Notes: generated from the letters alone by a model not told the origin. Positions 25,205-39,166 are shown, counted from the whole stretch's first letter. The stretch is DNA of 63,535 nt, filler included, from Octopus bimaculoides (GCF_001194135.2; 5 parts of 5 records of this genome joined end to end with filler, not necessarily neighbours in it); one strand, 5' to 3'. Made by a program: numbers and translations.

Positions 25205-25919
25205 ATAAAAAAAAAATGTATTTATTATACGTACTTATTTTGGTAATAAAACTGACACCCCTAAATCTATTTTATATTAATCAAATAAGTTAAAGAGAAT
25301 CTATTGGTCATGTATTTTAAAAGTAAGTAGTGTTTCATTTCTTTGGGGGATCGTTAACGGTAATGTAAAATATAATAAATAGATAAATAAAGAAACAATA
25401 TAAAAGAACAGAGTTATTATATTATGTGTATAAAATAAGAAAGCAAAGAAAAATTTCTTATATCAAAGAAAAAATTGTATAGTTTTTTAGTTTAGGGGAT
25501 AAAATGCTTATGTGTGCAAAAAAAAAAAAAAATAATAATATATTCTTTCGGCAGAATACCATCTTCTTAACCTTAGGCACGAAAGACATGAATCTTGTTT
25601 ACACAAGGGAAAATATGGAAAATACATATTTTAGTTTAATTACTTCTCTCACCACTATAGTTACAATATTAACCCATAACCCATGTTATCACTCTCGTTT
25701 ACTACATTGTTGATAAATTAAGCTACTTATTAATAGTGCTCATATAGTATTCTATTATTAACCTCATATTTTGATATTTTAACTATAGATTTATTATTTT
25801 TGTTTTCTATAAATAACCCTTTTTTCAATTTACTTTGAAAATGCCCGTCGTACATATATTCATATACGTATAATGTGTATTTGCATGAGTGCGCGTGTGT
25901 TTCTTTGTGTTTGTGCTTG

Positions 25920-26110
25920 TTCTTTCCCACCGCTTGACAAACGGTGTTGGTTTGTTTGCGTTCCCCAAACTAAGCAGTTCGGCAAAAGATGCAGACAGAA
26001 TAAGTACTAGGCTGAAATAATATAAGGGGCCAATTTTATTTGACAAAAAACTCTTCATACCGATGTTCCTGCATGGCCGCAGTCTGATGATTGAAGCAAA
26101 TAAGAGATAA
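25920..26110 (+). mobile_element. SINE family B, 3' half
   Basis: cgcttgacaaacggtgttgg...gttcggcaaaaga...aataagtactaggct...gcatggccgcagtc. Confidence 0.7.
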
Positions 26111-26117
26111 AAGAGGA

Positions 26118-26161
<44 letters not shown>

Positions 26162-26163
<2 letters not shown>

Positions 26164-26566
26164 AAGAAGAAAAGAAAATGGAGATCAGGAAGTTAATAAT
26201 TGTTTATTACTAACAGCAAATTGGCCATCTTCACTTACAACTATTTCAAATAACATTCAATAAACATTAAATTTACATTAATACGACATGAGCACTATAT
26301 GATCAGAGGGAAAAAAAGATGTACATTTGAATGTTATATATGTATGCTTATGAATTCATATTAGTCTACTAAAACAATTTCATAAACACACATATAACAT
26401 CCATATTACATATTTTAACCTCTGATCATATTGTGCTCATGTCACATTAATGTAAATTTAATGTTTATTGAGCATTAATTGAAACAGCTGTAAGAGATGA
26501 TTACGAATTTGCAGTTAATGATAAGCAATTATTAACTTCTTAATCTCCATTTTCTTTTCTTCTTTT
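26162..26566. mobile_element. Foldback/MITE with ~150-bp inverted arms
   Basis: aaaagaagaaaagaaaatggagat...catgagcactatatgatcagagg vs cctctgatcatattgtgctcatg...atctccattttcttttcttctttt. Confidence 0.8.
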
Positions 26567-26817
26567 AAGTGAATATAAACTATATGTTTTTATATATACC
26601 TATTATTTTAAAGAAATTCATTCCTCCAAAATATTAAGTATTGAACCAGTATTTCTTTGGATGAAGTCATCCCTTCATGAGGTTTACATATCCTCTAATT
26701 ATATATATATATACATATATGTGTGTGTATGTGTATATATGTGTATATATATACATAGTGAGACAGAGAGAGATACATAGATTGATAGATACACATAAAT
26801 ACACACATATACACATC

Positions 26818-26850
<33 letters not shown>

Positions 26851-26907
26851 ATNNNNNNNNNNNNNNNNNNNNNNNNNNNNNNNNNNNNNNNNNNNNNNNN
26901 NNNNNNN

Positions 26908-26943
<36 letters not shown>

Positions 26944-28539
26944 AAGCAATAGTTTGGTTATTGGTATCCAATAAACGTTGACATTCGCAATCACACAAAA
27001 TAATCACAGAATACAGATGCATGATTTTATGAGTTGTGGACTGAGATAATGCACACCTACCGACCACATAAATTTTCTTAGCCATAACAATATATTTTCC
27101 CCTTGAGTTAGTGTACCTGAGTTTTTAAAGAAGATCCATTCGTCTTCATTAAAAAAAAACATCTCTAACATTCTTATTTAAATACTTTGATGCATTTTAT
27201 TATCTTGCCACCAGGAGTCTTATGATATAAAACACTCCCATATCATCTATCTTAATATCGATATCTGGTTTTGTGAAAATGGCGTCTAATTTGCAAACAT
27301 TTCTTTACGCAGGGATACGAGATAAATATATTTTAGGATTTTACAATAGGTGGTCAAACTGTATTTTTGAATGGATTCACTGCAATTCCTTGACGTTTTT
27401 AAGCTTGAATTTTTTTGTGTAACCGCTTTTCAATGTCTTCTATTTTCAAAGTAATTGATACAAGTTCGGATCTAGAATCCTAAAAAAGGGCATTCTTCTT
27501 TCGTGTTTTTTTCTTTTTGTAACTGATCATTTTTCTAACTTTGCAAGAAAGGGAATATTTTGAATTTTCATTTCACACATAGGTCTACGTTCACTACATG
27601 GAACATTTTTAGGAGATGGATATTTGATTTGTTCTTTTTATGCACTCCAATCTACTCTATTAAATTTCTTAAAAAGATTGGGGCTGACTCGTTCGACTTA
27701 TATTCTTCAAGGTGGTGCCCCAGCATAACCGCTGTCTAGTAGCTGAGAGAAATTAAAGAGAGGTAAAAGGAAGATAAAGAAATTAGCGAGAGGCACCTGA
27801 CGGTTTTGTGTTTGGATACGTTGACTTAAAAAGCAGTAGTAAAAATATAGCGCAAAAGGAAGTTAATTAAATAACTTATTGTACTTAGTCAATCCAGCTG
27901 GGTCCACTTGGATCGACTTTATCATTTATCCCCTGAAAATCGATAAAATGATATCCGGAGTATGTGTCGCCTTTCTGCTAGAGTGAAAAATCAATAGTTA
28001 TTTTGAATCGAGGTGACAGTCAAAACGTAATTTATATATAGCAAAAATTTAGCCTTTTGCACTCAATGTCTTCTGTTTTATTTTAGTCTTTTATTTTTGG
28101 TCTCTTCAAGCTAATATTATAATTCACTCTTACCGCCTTTTCCCACCTTCCAATGTATACAACCATGAAATTGTTAGGTGCCACATGTTTTCTTCATTGA
28201 TTGCTTGAGTTGTTCATTTAGCGCATCTCAGAAATTACTGAAGCTAGGAAGTTCAAATATATATGTTTTTATCAATTGCATTACGAAGCAAAATGAAAAC
28301 AAATCGAACGTCAAAACTATAGATCTCGAGAAAATTAAATTTAGGGTCCTTGAGAACCCAAATTGAATTTTCTTGAACGAATTAACGAAAGTTGTTAAAT
28401 TCAATGGTAGAACAATGAAATCGAACTTCGATCTTGTCCTAACAATATTAAGAAGGCAAATCTCAAAGAGATCTCTTTGCGAACAAAGGCGGAAGTAAAA
28501 GGAAAATCCGTTTTTCACATTGATCGTTTACTCTTTCTT

Positions 28540-28781
28540 TTACTGTTTTACTTGTTTCAGTCATTTGACTGCGGCCATGCTGGAGCACCGCCTTTAGTCG
28601 AGTAAATCGACCCCAGGACTTATTCTTTGTAAGCCTAGTACTTATTCTATCGCTCCCTTTTGCCGAACCGCTAAGTTGCGAGGACGTAAACACACCAGCA
28701 TCGGTTGTCAAGCGATGTTGGGGGTGGGGCAAACACAGACACACAAATATATACACACACATACATACATACACACATACA

Positions 28782-28817
<36 letters not shown>

Positions 28818-28998
28818 TATATATACATATATACGACGGGCTTCTTTCAGTTTCCGTCTACCAAATCCACTCACAAGGCTTTGGTCGGCCCGAGGCTATA
28901 GTAGAAGCCACTTGCCCAAGGTGCCAGGCAGTGGGACTGAACCCAGAACCATGTGGTTGGTAAGCAAGCTACTTACCACACAGGCACTCCTGCGTCTA
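28540..28998 (-). mobile_element. SINE family B, full length (head aggcgcaggagtggctgtgtggtaag...gggttcagtccc; internal microsatellite)
   Basis: Near-consensus copy of a family repeated more than 10 times in the window, with a tRNA-like head and B box. Confidence 0.9.
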
Positions 28999-31900
28999 TA
29001 GTTAAAAATATTAAACCTGGAAGTGAGTATTATTAGATATATTATGGTAAGATAAAGAAGCTGTTGCTAATGGTTGAAGCTATAACAGAGGAGCTCCACA
29101 CTTTGCATCACTCTACGTTAAGGTGGGTGTTTCCATACAATGTTAACCAAGTCAATTTGGTCTAAGAGGAATCCTCTACAGCGTCACTCAAGATGCTAGA
29201 AATCGCACTTAAATGCTTTACAACTAATATATAATCAGAAAACAGGGTGTATATGACTGAATGACTATGGTCTGCTTGCTTTTGGTCGTAGATCTGCTCA
29301 GTTAGGACGGATTTTGAGCTAAATAATAACAAAAACAAAACTAATTAGCGCAAAAATAACTACAAGGAGTCGAACCTAGAGATATTCGCTTGTGACAAAC
29401 TGACATCATTACACAAGATTCGGATTGGCTCGGAATACCATATTTAACGGCTCATAAGGTGTATCTTTTCTTCTAAATAGTTCCAAAACAATCACACTGT
29501 GTCCCACATGCAAAGTTGGGGGCTATATTACGTGTATTAATAGACAGCTGAAATTGGGACGCATCTAATATATCCGTGCATATTCTATTCCATCACTTAT
29601 AGTATATCCTACCACCATTTTGCGACGAACTCTCACGAATGATACAGAGTAAAAAAAAAAAAAAATCTACTGAGATTAGTGCTCTCTCATTGTACTGCCT
29701 TGGTATGAAAAGTTGGATTCTCCAGCTGGAGCATTGACTCTTGATCTAGTATCGAGAAATATGAACACGAAACCAGGAAGGCAAAGTTTCGTGCAGCTCA
29801 CACTCAAGTCAATCTAGAAAACTGGATTGACAAGTACTAGCATTTCTGACCGGATGGTAACTGCCATCTACAAAATGGAATTGATGGGACTGCTGATTCT
29901 GGGTCGGGGAGAAGGTTGAATATACTTTAGGTTGAATAAACGTTAGGGCACAACACCGATGTATATACCCAATTGGCGGCTTCGTTGATCGATAGCCATC
30001 ATTCATCGTAGAGGGATAAATTAACGCAACGCTATAGATATTGTGGTAATTGCACCGAAGCACCAAGAAAAGAAAAAAAAGTTTTGATATATAATCCATC
30101 TTGTTTTCCATTCTCTTTTATAACGTTATATGTATCTAGACAATAGCATCTATTCATTGTAGTTATTTCGATTATTCCTAGTGCACTTATTATTTTGGGG
30201 ATTCTTTCTATTTTCAATTCCGCTTGGCTGATGTTTCGAATTTATTTGGACAATAAGTATACAACTATGGCAGGTGAACTCTACAGGGTATATAATGAAA
30301 GAAGTTGAAATTGATTTACTGAAAAACGAAACGAAATGGAAACACTTTCACTTGCATATCGTTATACAATCATGGCTTTAAGATATTTGCAATATGTAAT
30401 GTATATAATAGTTAGTTGAGAAAAATACATTAAAATGCTAGCCACATATGCAGCTATAATAGAAAAACAAGGTACATTCAAATATTAATGACATACGTAG
30501 ATATAATATTTATTTGTATGAAAACACATTCAACTACTGATCAGATACGTGAATATAATAGTTAGTAGTTCAAAAAGACGTCAGATTGGCAGATTCGTTA
30601 AAGCCTTGTAGTTTTCATTCCAAGTATGTGTACCCTGAATTAAAATCCTGCCGAGAGCTCAACTCTTCGTCCATTTCGGAGTCAATATATAAGGTCCAAT
30701 CAAGTAACCATTGCAAGCCATCACATACCGGTTTGAACTTGTGTTGGTTAATGCAAGGAAAGATGAGATGGATTGAGGGAGAAATCTATTGCTGTAGTTT
30801 TGAAGATCCACGATTGGGTATAATGCTATAGTATAATTTTAAATGTGGAAAGTACTATGGGAAAGACAATATGCTTAGACGTAAAGCTGGGTACATGCCT
30901 TGGTGGGAACGGAGTTTGATTTGTATAGTTTTTTTTTGTAAAGGAGAATAATATCCGATCTCTGAAAGGAAAGAAAGAGGAAATCACTACTTTATGAGTT
31001 CCTGTTAACCTCCAACTCGAGATCTAAGTACTTCAGTTGGAATTTATTGGCCGCAAGTGCTTAAACCAGAGAACAAAACCGCCCTCCTAAGATATAAGTC
31101 GTCGTTCTTTTGTTCGACGTGGAATTCTACAATAGATCCACTTCCTTACGGAAGGATGGATGCAACAAGCAACAATATATGAAGATATTTATAATCTGAA
31201 GATGCGGTTCTAATGCCTGCAACACAGTGGATTTCATTTGCAGTGCTAATAAGCTACATGATGGTATTAAAAAGCGCCATCGCAAAGTTAGATACGGTCA
31301 CCATACAACTCACTAGGTATTAAGGGACGTTGACATCATGCACTTGTAAGACTTAGAGCTAATAGCCTGTAAGGGGGTTACTCTGCATAAGACGCACATA
31401 CTTCTAATAAATTGGACTTAAGCTTCGTGAACTCAAGTGTCCTGTTCAAGGGTAACAAAGGACCCCCACCTAGTTGGGGAACCGTACTCAAGTTAACCAC
31501 TAGGCCACGCGTTTCACAAAATAGGAACCATAGTGAAGCAAAAACATACGAAGGAAGTATTGTATACATACAAATAAAGTGTTCCAAAGTGGAGTCTGTA
31601 TCACTAAATAATTTACAGACGTAGAGCATACACACGCATACATATAACACGCACATACGGTCACATATGTACAAACAAATATGTACACACACTCACATAC
31701 ACACATACGTAAACACAGTTACAGGACGCATATTCACAAACACACACATATGCAAGTACACAATTATGTAAGGTGGTCACTCATGGACATACATACTCCC
31801 ACATACCTATATACACATGGGTGCACACATACGTATACGTACGCACAACCGCATGGGCATATGTGAGAGCGCAGAATTACTCCGTTGAATGATCATTTTA

Positions 31901-32160
31901 AATGATTGAATACAGATTTCTATTTTGTTATATAATATATCTGTAATATATAAAATACTGCAAAAAAAAAAAAACAAAGCCGCAGACAAAACAAGCTAAA
32001 CATAACGAACAACCAGTCAATAGAAAACATATTAACTAAAGAAGCAAATATACAAATATTATGAAAAAAAAAAAAAAACACGAAATTGAAAAGGAACAAA
32101 AATACCAATAAATTAATAAAATTGAAAATAGAAAATATAAAAATTTAACGAATCCAACCA

Positions 32161-32235
32161 TTATCTCCACCATGGGTGAGAATTTAAGTCACTAAGTAGT
32201 CCATTGAAATTATTATCAACACATACATGACACAG
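32161..32235 (-). other. Candidate small terminal exon of the fucosyltransferase
   Basis: Acceptor tgatttcAG (32237-32236), then LCHVCVDNNFNGLLSDLNSHPWWR*. CxxC...WW spacing resembles GT10 C-termini, and U-rich minus-strand sequence follows. Confidence 0.25.
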
Positions 32236-32618
32236 CTGAAATCAAACATGNNNNNNNNNNNNNNNNNNNNNNNNNNNNNNNNNNNNNNNNNNNNNNNNNN
32301 NNNNNNNNNNNNNNNNNNNNNNNNNNNNNNNNNNNNNNNNNNNNNNNNNNNNNNNNNNNNNNNNNNNNNNNNNNNNNNNNNNNNNNNNNNNNNNNNNNNN
32401 NNNNNNNNNNNNNNNNNNNNNNNNNNNNNNNNNNNNNNNNNNNNNNNNNNNNNNNNNNNNNNNNNNNNNNNNNNNNNNNNNNNNNNNNNNNNNNNNNNNN
32501 NNNNNNNNNNNNNNNNNNNNNNNNNNNNNNNNNNNNNNNNNNNNNNNNNNNNNNNNNNNNNNNNNNNNNNNNNNNNNNNNNNNNNNNNNNNNNNNNNNNN
32601 NNNNNNNNNNNNNNNNNN

Positions 32619-32666
<48 letters not shown>

Positions 32667-33694
32667 GTGTGTATATATATATATATGTATATATAAGTAT
32701 ATATATATGTATATATCATGAAATATGTACAAGTATATATATGCATATGTGTGCGGGTGTGTGTATATGTGTGTGTGTGTGTCTTATTAAACGGATGTTG
32801 CTCTTTCGAATATTTTTTAAAAAATCTGTATGTCCCTTGAGTATCTAGTTTAATACAAACTTGACTGAAATAACCACTGATCGATGGTACCATTTATTGG
32901 TGGCCTAAACAAAATTAAGTCTGACTAACTGAAAGATAAAACTTCCTTTTATTTTTATAATTTTTTTTCTTTTCCTTATTATTAGTATTCTTTTTGTATG
33001 TTTTTTTTTATTATCTATGAATGGCAGACAACATTATAAGGTTCATTTTGCGCTTGAAGTCACGTATATCGTAGACATGAACCACAGAGCTCTGTATGCC
33101 GATGTATGTGCGAGTGTGAAGTGGATGTGTGTATGTGTTTGTGTGCGTATGTGCGCGCGCGCTTGTTTGTGTATGTGTGTAGGTGGGAAGCAAAAAAAAC
33201 CTGGTTAAATTTAAGTGCGTTTGTGCTTGCGTAGACATTTGTATGTATTCCTTCCAATATTTTTAGTCGTAAAATCAAGTTGTCATTGAACTCATAGGCG
33301 TGTGTGTGTATATGAGTGTGTGCGTGTGTGTGTGTGTGTGTGCGCGGAACTATGTATGTGTATTTGGTGTATGTATGTATGTATGAATGTATGTTTGTAT
33401 GTATGGAGGTAAGTATGTAGCTATATGTAAATGGACATGTATATGTACTCGTGCACGTACATTAATATTCTCTGATATAACTTCTTATAAATTTAAACGT
33501 CGCTGGTCTGTATGGGATATGACTCACGCACCCATACACTCACACGCATAAGCACACACACGCATAAGCACACACACGCACACACATATCGATGATTCAT
33601 ATAAATTTAAATGTCTTCATGGGACATTACTTACATAAACGACACACCTATACACCATGCATATGTGCCTGCCTATGTGTCTGCCTGTCTGTCA

Positions 33695-33740
<46 letters not shown>

Positions 33741-33741
33741 A

Positions 33742-33782
<41 letters not shown>

Positions 33783-33910
33783 GTCTGTCTTTCTGTCTAT
33801 CTATNNNNNNNNNNNNNNNNNNNNNNNNNNNNNNNNNNNNNNNNNNNNTTAATTAATTAANNNNNNNNNNNNNNNNNNNNNNNNNNNNNNNNNNNNNNNN
33901 NNNNATATAT

Positions 33911-34235
33911 ATGCCCAATTCAGGATCACAACATTTGGGTACACTTCGGCATAATTTCTTTTCCTCAACAGGCCCTGCCCTGTTTAACATTGTCCCGAAA
34001 CAGATAAAAGAGGAAAAGGATCCTATCAGCTTTAAACGGAGTCTAGACAGATTTCTTCAAGGAATACCAGACAAACCACTCATACCTGGATACAACTCAC
34101 TCAATAAGAACTCACTACTTGAAAGGACCATAAACAAAACTTGACTGTAGAAAGGATTTAGATAATCCGATCAGATGGTGCTATTAAGTTAGACATGGCC
34201 TGGGTCAATCTTTGGTCGAAACATATCTAAGTTTA
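33911..34235 (+). mobile_element. CR1/L2-like LINE 3' end, same family as 10179-11280
   Basis: FFSSTGPALFNIVPKQIKEEKDPISFKRSLDRFLQGIPD; shared tail tctttggtcgaaacatatctaagt. Confidence 0.85.
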
Positions 34236-34849
34236 TCTAAGTTTATATATATAGGTATCAATAAGGTTGACAGTTACTTTCGAATTTCACTGTTTGTATC
34301 ACATTACGCAGAGTTGGGACAGGGTGAAATTTACAGGTAATTGTAACTTGGATTCGCCCCGTTAGGTATATGATTCGTGAGCTCAATTTCAGACTGTTGC
34401 TAGATTTTTCGAATTAGACACCTCTTACCGTATTTTCTTCAATGAAGATCCGGCTGGGTTAAAGGCTTGGGTTGGTGGACTACATACCACATGGTCACGG
34501 CATAAATTGGGACTGATCGCGTAAATTGGGACTGATCGGGACTTTGTTTGACGGGTCTATCAAAAGAATCCAGGAATATATCGATAAATGGCGAATGCAG
34601 CGACGCACTGCAACGGTGCGTGTTCCACACCTGATCTGACCTGTAATCCTAAGATGGATAAAATTTTCACGTGACTATCAGATATCTTGTATCCATTTCT
34701 AAGTCCAGTCTTGTGTATTAGATGTACAACATGTATAGCAATATGTTAAATATACGCAATACGCACACATGCATATATACTGTGTGTGTGTGTGTTTACG
34801 TGTATATGTATGCATGTGTGTGTATATCTGCTTGCATATACATATACAT

Positions 34850-35032
34850 TCCGATGATATTTCGGAATACAATTCCTTCTTCGGATATAGTTAGATGGAG
34901 TCGCTGCTATAATCTATACAATTCGTTCTTCAAATATTCTTAGATGGAGTCGCTACTATAATCTATAGATTATAACAGCGACTCCATCTAAGAATATCTG
35001 AAGAAGGAATTGTATTCCGAAATATCGTTGGA
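34850..35032. ncRNA. Spacer-less palindrome whose arms each carry a minimal hammerhead motif (inverted Penelope-type pLTRs)
   Basis: Centre atctatagat (34961-34970). Plus arm CUGAAGA-A-GGAAU UGU AUUCC-GAA-AUAU-C (34998-35026). Minus arm has the same motif with CCGAAGA. A third partial copy is at about 34918-34965. Confidence 0.6.
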
Positions 35033-35114
35033 CTATGGATAACTAAATTACAACAGGTATATAGTCCATTTTTTGTACTATAGTGCATTGTTGTACCATT
35101 CAAAACTTTTTATT

Positions 35115-35158
<44 letters not shown>

Positions 35159-35269
35159 CACACATACACATGCAATATAGGTATCTTTTCAGTCATCTGT
35201 AGCTTCCACTGGGCTGTGTCCATCGTTTTCAATTAATAAATGTCCATTATCTTAGCTTGCTTGGATGTT

Positions 35270-35810
35270 TTATCCAATATTTCAAACTGGTGCAGAACCT
35301 GGAGGAATCCATCGTCACAACACAAAGAGATTGACTCGAGGGAACAGATGAGCCATTGGGAGGAGCCAAATGAACTGAAGCTCCCTAGATAGAAGGCTTA
35401 GAAGATATGCAGTGGTATACAAATGGAAGAACCTGGAAGAATCTAGCTCCCAGCTTTGGAATTGAAAGCTACACCAACCACCGAACTTGGTGGCACTGTA
35501 TGGTACCAAAGATCCCATCTTCTCCATCACGAACAAGGACCCAGTCCTGCAACAGCTTGGGTTTCAAGGGTCCACGACTATTCTGCATTCTGCCCACAAC
35601 CTCAGAGAATTGCGAGGTGTAGATGTGGAGATCTTCGAAGAGCATCTGGACAAATTTTTATCTGAGGTACGAGATGAGCCCCCATCACAGCAGGAAGCAC
35701 AAAGCGGAGTAGCTCCGTTCAACTCCCCACTTTACCAGAAGAGTATAGGAAAGAAACTCAAACACACGGAAAGGCGGTGCTCCATCATGGCCTCAATCTC
35801 TAGCTAAAAC
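35270..35810 (+). mobile_element. CR1/L2-like LINE C-terminal fragment (second family)
   Basis: SLGFKGPRLFCILP; NLRELRGVDVEIFEEHLDKFLSEVRDEP; upstream YSLERR-like segment. Frameshifted. Confidence 0.75.
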
Positions 35811-36152
35811 CAGTAAAAAATTAACGATACAGAAAAATATTGAGCCAATAATTGAACCTGCGATTTTATTCGATCTGCTCGAAATAGCAGCTAAATAATC
35901 CTTATATCATTAGAAGTTACCTAAATATATACGACACAATGGGTAGTAAGTTCCTAAATACATAATGTCTTCAGAAATGTCGAAATGGTCACGTTTGAAA
36001 AGCATATTTGTGATAACAACTTGGACAATCGGGGACGACATGTGGTTAAACAGCTGAAATATCTTAACGTCTGCTTTAATGATATATATTGCGTGAAGAG
36101 ATTGACGAACTCTTCAATATTGTGAGCAACTCAATATATTGGAGTACTCAAC

Positions 36153-36218
<66 letters not shown>

Positions 36219-36864
36219 NNNNNNNNNNNNNNNNNNNNNNNNNNNNNNNNNNNNNNNNNNNNNNNNNNNNNNNNNNNNNNNNNNNNNNNNNNNNNNNNNN
36301 NNNNNNNNNNNNNNNNNNNNNNNNNNNNNNNNNNNNNNNNNNNNNNNNNNNNNNNNNNNNNNNNNNNNNNNNNNNNNNNNNNNNNNNNNNNNNGAGAGAG
36401 GGGGGAGGGAGAGAGAGAGGGGGGAGGGAGAGAGAGAATCTTTTGGACATATTCAGTGGGGGCTGCTTCGATATTTGGGTAAAATGTTATTCCACAATTT
36501 ATTTCAAGTCGTTTCAGAATCTCGAAGATATTAATAGCTATGGATGGTTAAATTCTAACAGTTATTATAGTCCATTGTTGTTATTATAGTGCACTGTTGT
36601 GTGATTCAAGACAAATTATATTTTACAAACAATACACAATGCTTCAAGCGAACTACAATACTCTCCTGTTAATTGCTGCATTTGCTTACTTCATGCCAAG
36701 TAGTAAAGTTTTCAATATTTCAAAGTCTGTCTGTAATTAATCTGTAGAAACTCCAATTTTATTAAGGGACCCACCCAAGAGTAAAGACTGATCATTAGGA
36801 CCCACAATCTTCTACACTTATTGGTTATTTTTGTTTCTGGTTCGGGCTAATTTTTTTTTTCTTT

Positions 36865-37250
36865 TATTTCTTTTACTTGTGCGTATTTTGACTGCGGCCA
36901 TGCTGAAGCATCGCCTTTAGTCGAACAAATCGACCCCAAGACTTATTCTTTGTAAGCCTAGTACTTATTCTATCGGGTTCTTTTGTCGAACCGCTAAGTT
37001 ACGGGAACATAAACACACCAGCATAGGTTGTCAAGTGATTGTGGTGATGGGACACACATACATACATACATATATATATATATATGACGGGCTTCTTTCA
37101 GTTTCTATCTACCAAATCCACTCACAAGGCTTTGGTCAGCCCAAAGCTATAGCAGAAGACACTTGTCCAAGGTGCCACGCAGTGGGATTGAACACAGAAC
37201 TATGTGGTTGGGAAGCAAGCTTCTTACCACACAGCTATTCCTGCACCTGT
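36865..37250 (-). mobile_element. SINE family B, near full length
   Basis: Matches 28540-28998. Confidence 0.85.
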
Positions 37251-37936
37251 GTTGCATTATGCGCATTAAAGTATATTGCTTTCATCAGAGAACCTGTTTA
37301 AGTTTTTGGTCCTTATGTAGTTTGAAGACATCTTCCACATTTCTATTTTATTATTTGATATTTTGGTTCTCTTAGCTTAGCTATTGACTAGTTTGTGTTC
37401 TAATAACAGAAGATAAATATCAAATACTTTTTTCCATAGTAAAACCACCATCATCCTAGTTTTGCAGCTGTATAGAGATCGTGCATCTCTCGATAAACTT
37501 GTTACATCTTATTTCAAGATGAATTTTATCAAAAATAAATATTCCTACAGTGCAGGTATACAATATCTACGTTTCACTAGTTTAGCAATTGGTTGAACAA
37601 CCAGTCGTATTAATATTCCAGATAGGTATGTTAGCTTCTGTTTGTTCAGAAGACGTGTTGAGGGCCATCTATAAAAATATAATCGATTATTTTGTTTTCA
37701 TAATTCATTAAATGTCCTTGTTCATGATTTTAGAGAGAGATATACTGTTGAGACAGAAAACACTGTTATGTTTTTCCATTTGGATAATGTCTCTTTGATC
37801 AGCCTGTTGACTTATTTTATCGATCTAAATGTATGGAATAGCTACGTTCAGCTAAGAGACATAACTTATATGCCATTGAGCATTTTTTTGTCCGACAGAA
37901 TGTTTTATCGTTCATGGTCTGATCGATAAAACTCAA

Positions 37937-37974
<38 letters not shown>

Positions 37975-38382
37975 ACACACACACACACACACACATGAGT
38001 GAGTTGATAAGCAAAAGGAAGTAGTGCTCAACTCATTTGGGAGTTACATATATTTTAAAATAATTTGATATCGATCGGATGAGATGGGTCCGTGTTATAC
38101 GGCCATGAAACTTTAAGTCATACGGGGTTGAGTCAGACTGTTCCTTTTTATGCGACCGTCAAACATACACTTATTTTTATTTATTTACACACAGACCCGT
38201 CAAAAGTAAACAGACACCAGTACTTTTGAAGGATTTACTTCTACAAACAAAATAATGGCATTTGATGTATTTCAATATTTAATCTAGGATTTAGTAGACA
38301 GGTCTTGCGCTTAAAACTTAACATATTTGAAGCACCGCATAACGTCGGCACAGATAAAATACTACAATGGAGGGTGTCTATG

Positions 38383-38435
<53 letters not shown>

Positions 38436-38598
38436 CTATACTACGGTATATAAATTATATGTGTAATTTTTACACGTTTATAAATGTATCGAATGAAGCT
38501 TGAATACTTGATAATAAAAATACGAATATATATAGGTGAGAAAGCGTGTGTGTGTGTGTGTGTGTTATTGTTAAACAAAAACATTGTTGACAATGACA

Positions 38599-38640
38599 GT
38601 GACTACGAAGTTTCGGCCAGTTAAGACATCATCAGACGTT
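38599..38640 (-). ncRNA. Degenerate hammerhead-like motif
   Basis: Minus strand: CUGAUGA-U-GUCUUAACUGGCC-GAA-AC UUC GU-A-GUCAC. Intact core and GUA triplet, but weak stems I and II. Confidence 0.4.
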
Positions 38641-39135
38641 GGCTTAAGTCACTGTGAACAATAATCTTGTTTATGAATAGTAAATTTATTCTCTACAAAA
38701 TTAGAGTATTCCATCAGATTAATGCAGGATTGTTTTTGTTATAACTAATAACTAAAATTAAACACAACGTATGCATGTATGTATGTATGTATGTATGTAT
38801 GTATGTATGTATGTATGTATGTATGTATAACGCGTCGAGGTGTCGAGCAATGTATTCATAAAGCTATATGATTTCCCTATAATGTAGAGTTCGTGTTGTC
38901 TAGCTTTAGTTCCACGTTCTCGGTCCTCAGGTCCTATTTATCTTCACAGGGTAGATATAAACAAACAATTTCTGATCTAGTTTTTATGGCTTTTGAAGAT
39001 TATCTTTTCTGCTGATTACTTGTTTAAAAGAAGATGTAGGATTATATAATCCTTATTTAAATTATTACGCGTTTATATGTTTCTACCTGATGGATTCTAT
39101 AGAGGTAACTGCTGTGTCAAATTATTGATTCTATG

Positions 39136-39166
<31 letters not shown>

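Noticed and set aside
31196-31235. CTGAAGA-TGCGG...CCTGCA (also CTGATGA on - at about 46810-46840 and cagacgaagaattt at 46943) as hammerheads
   Set aside because: They lack the GAAA half of the core; at most heavily decayed relics.
32760-32893. VCIKLDTQGTYRFFKKY as the missing FucT middle exon
   Set aside because: Only KLD resembles the family; the P.V.G, FIHVDDF and YF.W motifs are absent and the frame runs into a microsatellite.
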